64,000 nucleotides of DNA from Candidatus Hydrogenedentota bacterium. GTDB taxonomy: Bacteria; Hydrogenedentota; Hydrogenedentia; Hydrogenedentales; SLHB01. The notes under the pieces are model-generated. The model saw nothing but the letters and a program-made list of their open reading frames with translations. It had not been told where the DNA came from and made no database searches. Of this stretch, positions 9,201-17,727 are shown in pieces. The translations under genes were made by a program, and so were the position numbers. Where the stretch lies: the NCBI GenBank assembly GCA_045863335.1, contig BTVY01000013.1, positions 1-64,000 of the forward strand, given 5' to 3'. Numbering within the stretch: the stretch's first letter is position 1; the number at the start of each line of letters is the position of its first letter.

Positions 9201-10439
9201 CGTGTAGATAACTGTTCGCCGGGCACACGGGTGGTGGTCGCGCGAGCCGCAGGTTTGTTCCCCGCGAGTGCTGAAGTGGTCGTTCTGCCGGGGCAACCAG
9301 TTACGGTTCCCGCACTGGTACTCGGCCCCGGTGCGGTCGCCCATGTGACGGTCGTAAATGCGCAGGGGCAGCCGCTCCAGGGCGCGGAGGTGTTCCCGAA
9401 CGGTTGGCCGGACTTGGGTGTGCAACTGAGGCCGGACAAGGGAAGCACCAAGACGAACGCGGAGGGGATCGCGACCCTGGAGAACCTGGTACCGGGTACG
9501 AATCTCTTTTTTGTCACCCATTCCGACTATGTGCCATCGCAGTTTGAGTTGGACGTGCGGGCAGGCGCGACGTTGTCGCCTACCTTCACGCTGCAGGAAG
9601 GCGGCGTGTTAGAGGGTGTCGTCGCAGCCGATGGAAGCCCCGTCGCAGAAGCGCATGTTCGGTTGTCCTATGCAGACTCGGACTTGCCGGGGTTCGAACA
9701 TTTTCATACCAAAGCCCAGACCGACGCACATGGCGCGTACCGGATTCCCGGGCTTGTCTCAGGCGAAGTCATTATCAACGTTCACGTGGAGAACCAGAAG
9801 TTGCAGCGACACATTGCGGTGTCGCGCGGGAAAACTTCGCGGGCCGATTTCATTTTTGAGGGCGGCACGGCATCAGTCACCGGAACTGTCCGGTATACCG
9901 CGACGGAACCGGAACTTGAACAGACCATGCTGATGCTGGATGTGGCGACGCCCGCAGGCTTGGTTCGGTACGTAGCTCCGCCGGATCCCAACGGCCGTTT
10001 CGCTTTCGACAATGTGCAGGCGGGTGAAGCCGAGTTGATGGCCGTCGGCATCGACGCCGATGGTGGCAGGCGGATGAAGGTTGCGGCGTTGACGATTTCT
10101 TCCGGCAGCCGCATGACACAACACTTCGATTTCGGCCAAGGTGCGAAGGTCCAGGGAATCGCCGAAATCCACTCGGATCACCCCGAGTTCTACGCAGTGC
10201 TTGTCGCCGGAGATCTAGATGTTCGCAACCTGAACAACGCGGCCTATGCATTGGCCTTGCATGAACGGACGATTGGGGAGGTCCAGATGGATGCGGCGGG
10301 CCGCTTCCAATTCGACGCGGTCGATCCCGGCGAGTACACCTTGATAGTCGTGACGGATGACCTTGGAGAGAAGATCGGCACGCCCGTCACCGTAGGTGAG
10401 GGCGAAGCGGTGGTGAATGTGAACATCGCGTTCCCGTGA
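6270..10439 (+). CDS. ECF sigma-70 factor fused to a TM helix and many carboxypeptidase-regulatory-like (Ig-like) repeats
   Basis: Region 2 DAEDAAQDAFIKAY..FGPWL, region 4 IAALLELSPDAVKKRLQRAR; Ala/Gly-rich TM; repeated G-R-V-x-D..G.P..GA.V / DG.F units. Confidence 0.9.
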   Translation: MSWFIKTASDAAVVLRVRAGRRDEFAALVDRYLPVAHAVCYAQLRNVTDAEDAAQDAFIKAYEALDGLREPAKFGPWLLSIVRNVCRNHQRSRAREKERTDALAALGQEPAGQPVDQDLRPVVRAQIDALDAIHREVLLLHYYGGRSIKDIAALLELSPDAVKKRLQRAREALSARMLQHLEPAVAPQHAHKDRVKTIMGLLAGVTAAWEAGAASTSGVAAGAGAAGVASGVASSMVAKIVAGVAAAIAVTGAVMYWPEAGVDVSPDATPQSAIAQDATTLASATTSVTDPTDRTDPSDPTDNPTTTPEGGYFIHGRTVDQAGNPVPGAVVTVDPFYAEDGRHHEAVSDQDGSFTLKNLNSTTYIVRASGSDHFAMTDLHSTSREKSNVRDVVMYPSGPVAGRVQDSNGNPVQDAWVVPIAGTGVKEDWMLHPRWYYLRRVKTGQDGRFQIDAVWLGECSLLVDSPTYVVHETDMIPVEKPASITLRPGARVAGQLIYANTKAPVPGVRLLIDRDRETVSDEEGRFFFQGVKPGQNAVRVEHETLFSLQPGFIVPEGGDVFGVALEVVQGGIIEGRVYDAQTGEGILMADIRIERESGADSTFSRPEMTTANNEGEFKFTKLLPGTYRVEWADATEYVRSVVPDHEPLEVDYWKTISGVDLGLMKGATIRGTIVAPPEILAQQPMVSFRYVDEAVQVRQDEHRSSGSQSDGRFRLAGLLPGEPVILRAGGGKWKSAEAGPFTPGMDGIDGVTLTLLENPLGSVSGKLVYGNGLAVAQGDVELQHVDGSHIARAEVDEHGTFKIENLPAGNYELGARAYNASLPEPLPISIAAGEALTGIVIDFGGGGEVIAGHVMDDTGTPIPGAEVRVRGPDFGGAPQTSGEHGEFVVQGLAPSSYDVSVRAEGYSARRLKAIATGTTDLRVVLEREGSIDGRVIQGQTGHPLKEFEVAVTTPQEMARGHLLSLRFNRFVSDTGAFRVDNCSPGTRVVVARAAGLFPASAEVVVLPGQPVTVPALVLGPGAVAHVTVVNAQGQPLQGAEVFPNGWPDLGVQLRPDKGSTKTNAEGIATLENLVPGTNLFFVTHSDYVPSQFELDVRAGATLSPTFTLQEGGVLEGVVAADGSPVAEAHVRLSYADSDLPGFEHFHTKAQTDAHGAYRIPGLVSGEVIINVHVENQKLQRHIAVSRGKTSRADFIFEGGTASVTGTVRYTATEPELEQTMLMLDVATPAGLVRYVAPPDPNGRFAFDNVQAGEAELMAVGIDADGGRRMKVAALTISSGSRMTQHFDFGQGAKVQGIAEIHSDHPEFYAVLVAGDLDVRNLNNAAYALALHERTIGEVQMDAAGRFQFDAVDPGEYTLIVVTDDLGEKIGTPVTVGEGEAVVNVNIAFP
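7135..7176 (+). repeat. In-frame 9-bp tandem repeat (CCGATCCGA-like) encoding TDPTDRTDPSDPTD
   Basis: ccgatccga ccgatcgga ccgatccgt ctgatccaa ccgata. Confidence 0.7.
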
Positions 10440-10460
10440 GCGGCGATGCGAGAGGCGTCT

Positions 10461-10612
10461 GGAGGGCGGGTTTTCCAACCCGCCAAACCGATATCGATCG
10501 TTCCGTGCCAAAACGCGTCGGCCAAAGAACGACTCGATTACGTGTATCTTTGAGTGTGGAGGTTATCTCGTGAATTGGTGATTCGCGTGGCGGGTAGAAA
10601 AACCCGCCCTCC
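10461..10612. repeat. GGAG-headed REP-like inverted pair between convergent genes
   Basis: GGAG-GGCGGGTTTTCCAACCCGCCA (10461-85) and TGGCGGGTAGAAAAACCCGCC-CTCC (10588-612). Confidence 0.8.
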
Positions 10613-10620
10613 TGGGGGGC

Positions 10621-12393
10621 CTACGTGTCGGGATCGGAGTCGCTGTTGGGGGAAGAGCCTAGGGGTCCGGAGTCGTTGCGCGAGACGAGTTCGCCGAAGT
10701 AGGCTTCGTTTTGGTGTTGCAGGCGAATCTGGCGGTGGCACACGCCGCACTGGAATTCAAAGTCGATGGCGGCGTTCTCGGGCAGCCGGATGTAAGTGCT
10801 GCAGAAGGGACACGCGATGCTCTTCTCGTCCTTCTTGTAGTAGTCCTGCAAGATCCGATCAATCTTGCCGTCGCGATAGCATTTGATCAACGCATCGACG
10901 ATGGCGGGATCGAACTGTGAACCCTTCCCCTTCTCAATTTCCGAGATGGCGAACTCGGGGTCCAGCCCTTTGCGATAGGGGCGATTGCTGGTCATGGCGT
11001 CCAGCGTATCGGCGACGGCGAGGAGGCGGCCTTCGATGGGAATTTCTTCGCCCTTGAGCCCGAAGGGATATCCTTTGCCGTCGTAGCGTTCGTGATGATA
11101 GAGCGCATAGGGAATGAGCGGCACGAGAAACTCGATATCCTGCATCATGCGTGCGCCGCGCTCGGGATGGACCCGCATCTTGGCGAACTCTTCATCCGTA
11201 AGCCCACCGGGCTTCCGTAGCACGGCATCGTCGATAGAGATTTTGCCGACGTCGTGCAACACGCCGCCCATTTCGCATTCGCGCAGCTTCTCCTCCGGCC
11301 AGTCGAGGGTGCGCGCGATCTCCAACGCGAAGTTCGTCACGCGCCAGGTGTGTCCGACGGTGTAGTGATCGCGCAGTTCGATGGCGTTGGCGAGCGCGAT
11401 CAGCGTGTCCTGGTACGCCTTCTGGATCTTCGCGAGGTATTGGGCGTTGCGGATGGACGTGGCCGCTGGCCCGGACACCGCGACCAGCAATTCCAGGTCG
11501 CTCTGGGCGAAGGCGTTCTGCGTGCCGCGCGTATCGACATAGATGATGCCGAGGATATCGTCCTGATGCTTCAGCGGCGTACACATGGCCGACGTGATGT
11601 TCTGAGCGATGATGCTCGCGCCGGTCTCGAAGCGCGCGTCGCTGGCGGCGTTGTAGGTGATCACGGCTTCGCCGTTTTCGAAGGCCCGCGACACGATGCT
11701 GGAACTCATGGCGACTTCGGATTGCCGGTCGCCGCGTTTCACGTACTCCGTAACGAGTTCACCGGTGCGCTCATCCTTGAGCAGAATGACGCCGTTGTGC
11801 GCGGGTACGAGACCGAAGATTTGGTCCATGACCCGCTCAAAAAGCTTCCGCAGATCGCGCTCGCTGGAGATGATCTGGTTGGCCTCATAGACCGCCGCCA
11901 ACCGGTTCTGGGCGTCCCGAAGTTGCTCGGCGTTGATCCCATCCTGGGGCGCTTTGAAGAAGGTCCGGTAGACGTTGTCCGCCTTGTTCGCTTCGATCTT
12001 GCTGGCAGACTCCTCGGCATGGAACCGGACGCTTTGCCGGGGATCAGACCCCACGGCCGGCTGCGGACTCTGAACCGGACGTGGCGTGGTCATGGCGTCG
12101 CCCACGCGAATCTCGAATTTCATGTCTACGGGACCGATACGGATGACATCCCCGTCAGTAAGTCGATACTCCAAGACCCGCCGATCCCCAATATAGGTCC
12201 CATTGCCGCTGCCCAGGTCGCGTACGATTGTGCCAGCCGGGGTCTGCTGGATGACGGCGTGTTTGCGGGAAACCTGTAAATCGTTTATTTGCAGACCATT
12301 CTCCGGGCTGCGCCCAATCGTGAGCGACCCGACGATGTCTCGTTCGGTACCGTGGAGCGGTCCGGTCATCAGTACAAGGTATTCACGCTTCAT
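10621..12393 (-). CDS. FHA-GAF-HD-GYP cyclic-dinucleotide phosphodiesterase with C-terminal Zn-ribbon
   Basis: FHA IGRS..VSRKH..SGNGT; GAF SAMCTPL..GIIYVD; HDVGK, HHERYDGKGYP, DAMTSNRPYR; CPFC..CGVC. Confidence 0.92.
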   Translation of the reverse strand: MKREYLVLMTGPLHGTERDIVGSLTIGRSPENGLQINDLQVSRKHAVIQQTPAGTIVRDLGSGNGTYIGDRRVLEYRLTDGDVIRIGPVDMKFEIRVGDAMTTPRPVQSPQPAVGSDPRQSVRFHAEESASKIEANKADNVYRTFFKAPQDGINAEQLRDAQNRLAAVYEANQIISSERDLRKLFERVMDQIFGLVPAHNGVILLKDERTGELVTEYVKRGDRQSEVAMSSSIVSRAFENGEAVITYNAASDARFETGASIIAQNITSAMCTPLKHQDDILGIIYVDTRGTQNAFAQSDLELLVAVSGPAATSIRNAQYLAKIQKAYQDTLIALANAIELRDHYTVGHTWRVTNFALEIARTLDWPEEKLRECEMGGVLHDVGKISIDDAVLRKPGGLTDEEFAKMRVHPERGARMMQDIEFLVPLIPYALYHHERYDGKGYPFGLKGEEIPIEGRLLAVADTLDAMTSNRPYRKGLDPEFAISEIEKGKGSQFDPAIVDALIKCYRDGKIDRILQDYYKKDEKSIACPFCSTYIRLPENAAIDFEFQCGVCHRQIRLQHQNEAYFGELVSRNDSGPLGSSPNSDSDPDT

Positions 12394-12532
12394 TGGATAA
12401 CCCGGCTTAGCCTCAAGTTCATAGATTGCAGCTACTTCATTGGGTTTCGTTCACTTATAACATACACCCGGAATAGGCGCAACGGAATTCGGGAGCCGGC
12501 TCAACGAGGTATCCAGCCCCCGGTTGGATGAC

Positions 12533-12614
12533 CACAATATTTGGTATGGAACCCGAAAATCCCTACCACAAATTGTAAAATCTCCTTGACACCCTATGTC
12601 CGCTTGGCTAGAAT
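12533..12614 (+). promoter_or_regulatory. Two NrdR-box-like sites followed by a consensus sigma70 promoter
   Basis: CACAATATTTGGTA (12533-46) and TACCACAAATTGTA (12564-77, inverted, 11/14 identical); TTGACA(12586-91)-17 bp-TAGAAT(12609-14). Confidence 0.65.
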
Positions 12615-12845
12615 ATCAGTATCTTAAGCGAGATTCGCAGTTGACGAGCCGTACAGACGGCAGCATCCGTACAGTATACCGGATGGTGTGCGTAGCGTGT
12701 CGAACGGATTGTGGGCGTGGTTCCTATGGTGATTCGCCAGTCGGCAGGGTAGGGTCAAGTTGGATCCATTCGCGGCCCGGCCCCAGCGAGCCCACCGCCC
12801 CGGCGCATGCAGGATGGCCGGTTCAACGGGATGCGGGGGCACATT

Positions 12846-13955
12846 ATGACTGGACATACGGCTACCCCAACGACAGCCGGGGTTCCTGAGACGCGCGACG
12901 CGGTCCAAAGCGGGCAACCTTTGTTGGACTTTTTTGGCTTTTCGGAGCAGCCCTTCGCGGCGACGGCCGACCCCGCCTACTACTACGCAACAAATGCCCA
13001 CCGCGAGTGTCTTTTTCACTTGTGGAACACGGTCGACGAACGCCATGGTATCGCGGTGGTGTTGGGGAACTACGGCACCGGCAAAACCACGCTCCTTCGC
13101 AAGTTGCTGACCGGGATGCGAACCCGGTCCGACCGCTACAATACCGCGGTCATCGGATCTCCGATTCCGTCCTGGACCAGCTTTTCCTTGTTGGAGAGCA
13201 TCGTGACCCAGTTTGGGTTGCGCCCGGAAACGCGGTCCTTCGTCGGGTACATGGAATCGCTATACGGCTACTTGCTTACCAAGCGGGATCGCATCAACAC
13301 GCTGATCATTGATGACGCGCAAAACCTGAACAAACGCGGTCAGTTGGAACTGCTCCGGCTGGTGCAGAACCTCGAGACGCCCCAGCACAAACTGATCAAT
13401 CTCATTCTGTTTGCGCAGTTGGAGTGGATGCACGTGTTGCGCGCCGCGCCCAACTTCGAACAGCGCGTCAACATGACCTATACCCTGGGCCCCCTCAGCG
13501 AGCGAGACACGCGAAGCCTGATCGACTTCCGCCTGCGCCAGGCGGGCCTGACCGAGCGCGCGCCTGTATTTGACGATGACGCCGTGAACGTGATTCATTC
13601 GTACGCGGAGGGCAGCCCGCGCGTCACCGTTACTTTGTGCCGGAACGCCCTGTTGCTGGCCTCGCAGCTCCACACCCGGCAGATTGGCCAGGCTATTGTG
13701 CTGCACACGATCCAGAAGACAACACTCCCCGACGAGCAGAAGCGCGCGCGCGTCGCGGAGCGTATGGCAGTCGTCCCCCGTGCAGTGCCCGACCATCGGC
13801 TGGACGCTCCGGCGTTAACGGTCGCGGAACAGGCGTCGGGCGCAGGCCGGATGGGCGGATTCTCGAATGCGCGGGCAAACCGGCTGCTCCTGAAGGCAGC
13901 GAGAACCAATCCAGACAGGGTCATGCTGACGGAACTCCATGACGAAGCATCCTGA
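12846..13955 (+). CDS. ExeA/GspA-like AAA ATPase (soluble; no TM or PG-binding domain)
   Basis: FFGFSEQPF..TADP N-terminal signature, Walker A GNYGTGKT, Walker B IIDDAQNL, LILFAQ, GSPR; start uncertain (12807 or 12846). Confidence 0.88.
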   Translation: MTGHTATPTTAGVPETRDAVQSGQPLLDFFGFSEQPFAATADPAYYYATNAHRECLFHLWNTVDERHGIAVVLGNYGTGKTTLLRKLLTGMRTRSDRYNTAVIGSPIPSWTSFSLLESIVTQFGLRPETRSFVGYMESLYGYLLTKRDRINTLIIDDAQNLNKRGQLELLRLVQNLETPQHKLINLILFAQLEWMHVLRAAPNFEQRVNMTYTLGPLSERDTRSLIDFRLRQAGLTERAPVFDDDAVNVIHSYAEGSPRVTVTLCRNALLLASQLHTRQIGQAIVLHTIQKTTLPDEQKRARVAERMAVVPRAVPDHRLDAPALTVAEQASGAGRMGGFSNARANRLLLKAARTNPDRVMLTELHDEAS

Positions 13956-16218
13956 TCAAAATCCTGAGGACGAAGGACAGGAATCGGAGGACGAACGAGA
14001 TCCCTTCGAGGCGTATGACGACGAGATCCAAAGGCGGCTCGAGTCGGATCCTCGATTGGAAAGCGGTGTGTCGCCCAGCGAGCGCGGCAGCGATCTCGAC
14101 TTTATACAGATGAGCGGCCTTACGGCGCCGCCCCCAGCCGACCGGGAATCACCCGAACCGGAAGCCCCAGCCTCCAACGACCTCGATCCCGAGAAACCTA
14201 TCAGCTTCTTCGAAGAAGGCGTCGCCGATGTGGACGCTTCCATGGCGCCGGATGTGGACGATGTCCCATCTGAACCGGATTACTCGTCCGAACCGGACAA
14301 CCGGGCTGCCATGGAACATTTGCGCGACATGATCGCCGAACTAACCAAGGACGAGCCCAGTCCTCCTTCCATGCCGGAAGACTCGCAGCAGCCCGAGCCC
14401 GCCGAAGCTGCGGCAGAGGAAGCGGCCGGCCATGCGGAAGTGCTGGAGGAGGGCGCGCCCGGCGAGCCCGAATCGCCGGAACCTGCCGCGCCCGAACCAC
14501 CTATCCATTCGAGTCAACCGTTCGAACTCACGCCCCGCGCCGAACCGCTGGAAAACATTCAACCTCTCGAACCGGTGTCAATGGAATCGCCCGAAAAGCC
14601 GATCCCAACAGATCAGCCGTTCGAACTTGAATCGCGCGAAGAAGCACGGCCAGAAGGTTTCTCCGAGGAAGCCTTCGTAGATGAGGAATCGGTAAAGGCT
14701 GCGACAGAGCCTGAAGCGTTCGTCAGTCCAGAGCCCGCTTTGCCCGAAGTCGAGGACGTTGCGCCTCCACCAGCACCGGATGTGCTGCCGACACCCCGAG
14801 TGTATACGCCGCCACCCATGGATGCGCCCGCGAGCCTTTCGCCCGAACCTCCCGCGTCTCCCGAGGAACTGGGGGATCGCGTCCGCATTCCGTCTGTCGA
14901 AGAAGCCGAGGAGGCGATGTATCTGCGGCATAGCGCGCCGAAGACCCGGCGGCGCCGGTCTGGTCATCGCAAACACGCGCGGCGCCGGCTCCTGCGCATC
15001 GCGGCCGGATTGCTCGTGTTGGCGGGGCTGGCGGTAGGCGGTATGGAAGTCCACGCCTGGTACGAACGGAGCGTATCCAACCCGGTGTCGCTGTACAACG
15101 ACGCTGCCATGCTGGCGGCGGACGGCAACTTCCGCGAGGCTTCGTCAAAGTATGCCGCCTTTGCCGCTCGAAATTCCGAGCACGAATTACGGGCCGAGGC
15201 GCAATTTGCGGCGGCGTTCACGTTGCAGCAGGTCCAACCCGCGTCCAAGGATGAACAGACGCAGGTTTACACGCGGGCCATCGAGTTGTTTCGCCAGTTC
15301 CTGGGCGACAATCCGACACATGCGAAAGCGCCGCGAGCGCGCACCTTGCTGGGTCGTCTGCATTACGAGTTGGGCCAGTACCAGGAGGCGATCGAACTCC
15401 TTCGCGATCCCGAATTGAGGCTTCTCGATCCCATCGCCGCGGTGCCCGCGGTGCGCATTCTGGCGCGGTCCTACGCGAAACTGGGCCAGGATGATTCCGC
15501 GCGGTCGTATTATCTCCAGGCCGTCGGCCTTCCGGATAATCACACGCCGGACGTCGACTACATGGAACTGGGGACCCTTTACCGGTCAATGGCGGAGCGG
15601 GCGTCGGACCCGGAGGTCCGCCGCGAATACGAAGAGCTTGCCGCGGCACAGTGGACGCACGCGGTCCAGTCTCCCGGCATCGATCCCGCCACCAAGAAGG
15701 AACTGCGCGCCAAGATCGACGTGATGCGGGAGCAGGGCGTTCTGATGGAAGAATCGCCCGAAACCCCGCCCGTCGTGAACGACGCCGTTGACGAACCGGC
15801 TGCCGAAACGGTGGTGCCGTGGGAAGCGACCGCGCCGGCCGTGGACGAAGACGCCCTAGACGTCCTGGAGGAAACACCAATCGTGGAGCCGGAGCCCGAG
15901 GACGCTACCGAAGTCATCGTTGAGGTCGAACCCGACGGCAGCGCGGAAGCGGCCGTTGTGGACGGCGGCGAATTCGCGCCCCTTGACGCAGCACCCGAGA
16001 TTGAAACGGTATACCACGTTGTGGCTGGCGACACCCTTTCAGGGATCGCTACCGCCCATGAGACGACGGTGGCCGACTTGATGGCGTGGAACAACCTTAC
16101 CGAAAGCGTGATTTTCGTGGGGCAAGAATTGGTCATTCACGGGCCGAAACCGCAGGAACCCGTCCCGTCCGGAACGGAGGGCGAGAACGATGAGGAAAAC
16201 CGTGATTCTACGAGCTAA
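13939..16218 (+). CDS. Bitopic membrane protein: acidic Pro-rich N-terminus, TM, TPR repeats, C-terminal LysM
   Basis: ~330 aa D/E/P-rich region; RRRRSGHRKHARRR then IAAGLLVLAGLAVGG; TPRs (LGRLHYELGQYQEAIE); LysM YHVVAGDTLSGIA..LMAWNNL..IFVGQEL. Confidence 0.88.
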   Translation: MTKHPDQNPEDEGQESEDERDPFEAYDDEIQRRLESDPRLESGVSPSERGSDLDFIQMSGLTAPPPADRESPEPEAPASNDLDPEKPISFFEEGVADVDASMAPDVDDVPSEPDYSSEPDNRAAMEHLRDMIAELTKDEPSPPSMPEDSQQPEPAEAAAEEAAGHAEVLEEGAPGEPESPEPAAPEPPIHSSQPFELTPRAEPLENIQPLEPVSMESPEKPIPTDQPFELESREEARPEGFSEEAFVDEESVKAATEPEAFVSPEPALPEVEDVAPPPAPDVLPTPRVYTPPPMDAPASLSPEPPASPEELGDRVRIPSVEEAEEAMYLRHSAPKTRRRRSGHRKHARRRLLRIAAGLLVLAGLAVGGMEVHAWYERSVSNPVSLYNDAAMLAADGNFREASSKYAAFAARNSEHELRAEAQFAAAFTLQQVQPASKDEQTQVYTRAIELFRQFLGDNPTHAKAPRARTLLGRLHYELGQYQEAIELLRDPELRLLDPIAAVPAVRILARSYAKLGQDDSARSYYLQAVGLPDNHTPDVDYMELGTLYRSMAERASDPEVRREYEELAAAQWTHAVQSPGIDPATKKELRAKIDVMREQGVLMEESPETPPVVNDAVDEPAAETVVPWEATAPAVDEDALDVLEETPIVEPEPEDATEVIVEVEPDGSAEAAVVDGGEFAPLDAAPEIETVYHVVAGDTLSGIATAHETTVADLMAWNNLTESVIFVGQELVIHGPKPQEPVPSGTEGENDEENRDSTS

Positions 16219-16255
16219 TCGACTGCGTACGCGCCTTGGCGGAAACTGCTCCGGG

Positions 16256-17722
16256 ATGCGCTGGATTGGCCTGTTCTGCGCGTTGGCCGCCGCATGGACC
16301 GGCGCCGCGCAGGATCTGCCCGCGCTGGGCGCGCCGCTTGAAGCGGGCGAACTCGTCTTCGTGGACGTATATCGCCGGCCGGAAGTATCGACAACCACCC
16401 AAATCGACAGCGACGGGAACATTCAGATTCCCTTCGTGGGCAACGTCAACATCGCCGGCTTGACGGAGAACGAAGCTTCAGCCCGCGTGCGCGCAGCGCT
16501 CTCCGCCGTGCTCAAGAATCCGCGCGTCACCGTATCGCGGAGCGCTCCCGAATTCGGCGGCGGCGGCTACCGAATGCCCAACATGAAGACCGAGATTCTG
16601 CCGCTGAATAACGCGAACGCCGAATCGCTGAGCGTGGCATTGCAGGGCATGACATCGGAAGGCGGCAGCATCGCCTACGATCCCAATACGAACAGTTTGA
16701 TTATCACCGACACGCCCGACGCGATTCAGAATATTCTCCACGTCACCTCGCGCCTCGATCAGATGCAAAGTCAGCTCACGCAAGTGCGCATCGAAGCCAA
16801 GATCGCCGAAGTGAAGATTGGCGCGATGAAAGAATTGGGGGTCCGGTGGTTCGTTCAAGGCAACGACGTCAATGGCGGATACTATCCCTTGCCGGGGCAG
16901 GACATCGGCATCAATGCCTTGAAAGGCCAATCGGCATCGCCGCTCAACAACGAGAGTTTTCAGAACTCGCAAACCGGCCAGTCCAACAGCGGTGCGGGGC
17001 GCAACTTCGTGGACGGCACGAATTTCGATCGTCTGTTGAATGTGCCGGTTCAGATACCGAAGGCAGGCCAGTTGTTCTTTGGGCTGATGAACGAGCACGT
17101 GGATCTCGGATTGTTGCTTGACGCCCTCGTGGCCGACGACGAGGCGGAGCTGCTCGCGAGCCCGAACATCTTGACCGTCAACCACAAGGAAGCCGAGATT
17201 TCCATGGTGGACGAGTTCCCGTACACCGAGTTCGGCATCGAGGCGTCAGGGCGCGCCAACTTCTCGGTGCAGTTCCTCGACCTTGGCATCAAGATGTGGG
17301 TCACCCCTCACGTGTTCCAGGACAACACCGGGCGCTACGTCAAGCTGGAGTTCGAACCCGAGGTATCGTTCCCGACAGGGTCGAACAACGGAATCCCAAT
17401 CCGGTCCGTCCGCCGGTATCAGGGCGAATCCAACGTGCGCGACGGTCAGACGTTGGTGGTCGGCGGGATCTACCGGAACGACCTGCGCGACGTGGAGCAG
17501 CGCGTTCCCGGACTCGGGAAGTTGCCCTTGCTCGGCAACCTGTTCAAGCACACGGAGAAGGCCCATTCCCAAACGGAATTGATGCTTTTCCTCACGCCGA
17601 CAGTGCATGATACGCCGGAAAGCGTAACGTGGGACCGAATGCTGGATGTCACGGCGAACTCGAAGATCGTCGGCCCCGCGATTTCGCAGCCCCAGGAAAT
17701 GATGGAAGCTCGGAGAAACTAA
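16256..17722 (+). CDS. Chimeric Poly_export (Wza/OPX N-domain) + secretin N3 + secretin beta-barrel protein
   Basis: Signal peptide MRWIGLFCALAAAWTGAA; Poly_export GELVFVDVY..IDSDGNIQIPFVGNVNIAGLT..LKNPRVTV; N3 LPLNNANAESL..DPNTNSLIITD; secretin QVRIEAKIAEV, LLASPNILT, DGQTLVVGG, VPGLGKLPLLGNLF, TELMLFLTP. Confidence 0.9.
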   Translation: MRWIGLFCALAAAWTGAAQDLPALGAPLEAGELVFVDVYRRPEVSTTTQIDSDGNIQIPFVGNVNIAGLTENEASARVRAALSAVLKNPRVTVSRSAPEFGGGGYRMPNMKTEILPLNNANAESLSVALQGMTSEGGSIAYDPNTNSLIITDTPDAIQNILHVTSRLDQMQSQLTQVRIEAKIAEVKIGAMKELGVRWFVQGNDVNGGYYPLPGQDIGINALKGQSASPLNNESFQNSQTGQSNSGAGRNFVDGTNFDRLLNVPVQIPKAGQLFFGLMNEHVDLGLLLDALVADDEAELLASPNILTVNHKEAEISMVDEFPYTEFGIEASGRANFSVQFLDLGIKMWVTPHVFQDNTGRYVKLEFEPEVSFPTGSNNGIPIRSVRRYQGESNVRDGQTLVVGGIYRNDLRDVEQRVPGLGKLPLLGNLFKHTEKAHSQTELMLFLTPTVHDTPESVTWDRMLDVTANSKIVGPAISQPQEMMEARRN

Positions 17723-17727
17723 CCCGA

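Noticed and set aside
10495-10512. TGGCACG on the minus strand as a sigma54 promoter (also at 1-10 and 27254)
   Set aside because: No GC at the -12 position (or truncated by the window edge)
12846-17722. Reading the ATPase and secretin as a conventional type II secretion system
   Set aside because: No GspE/F/L/M or pseudopilins in the window; the secretin carries a Poly_export domain and is coupled to wzc
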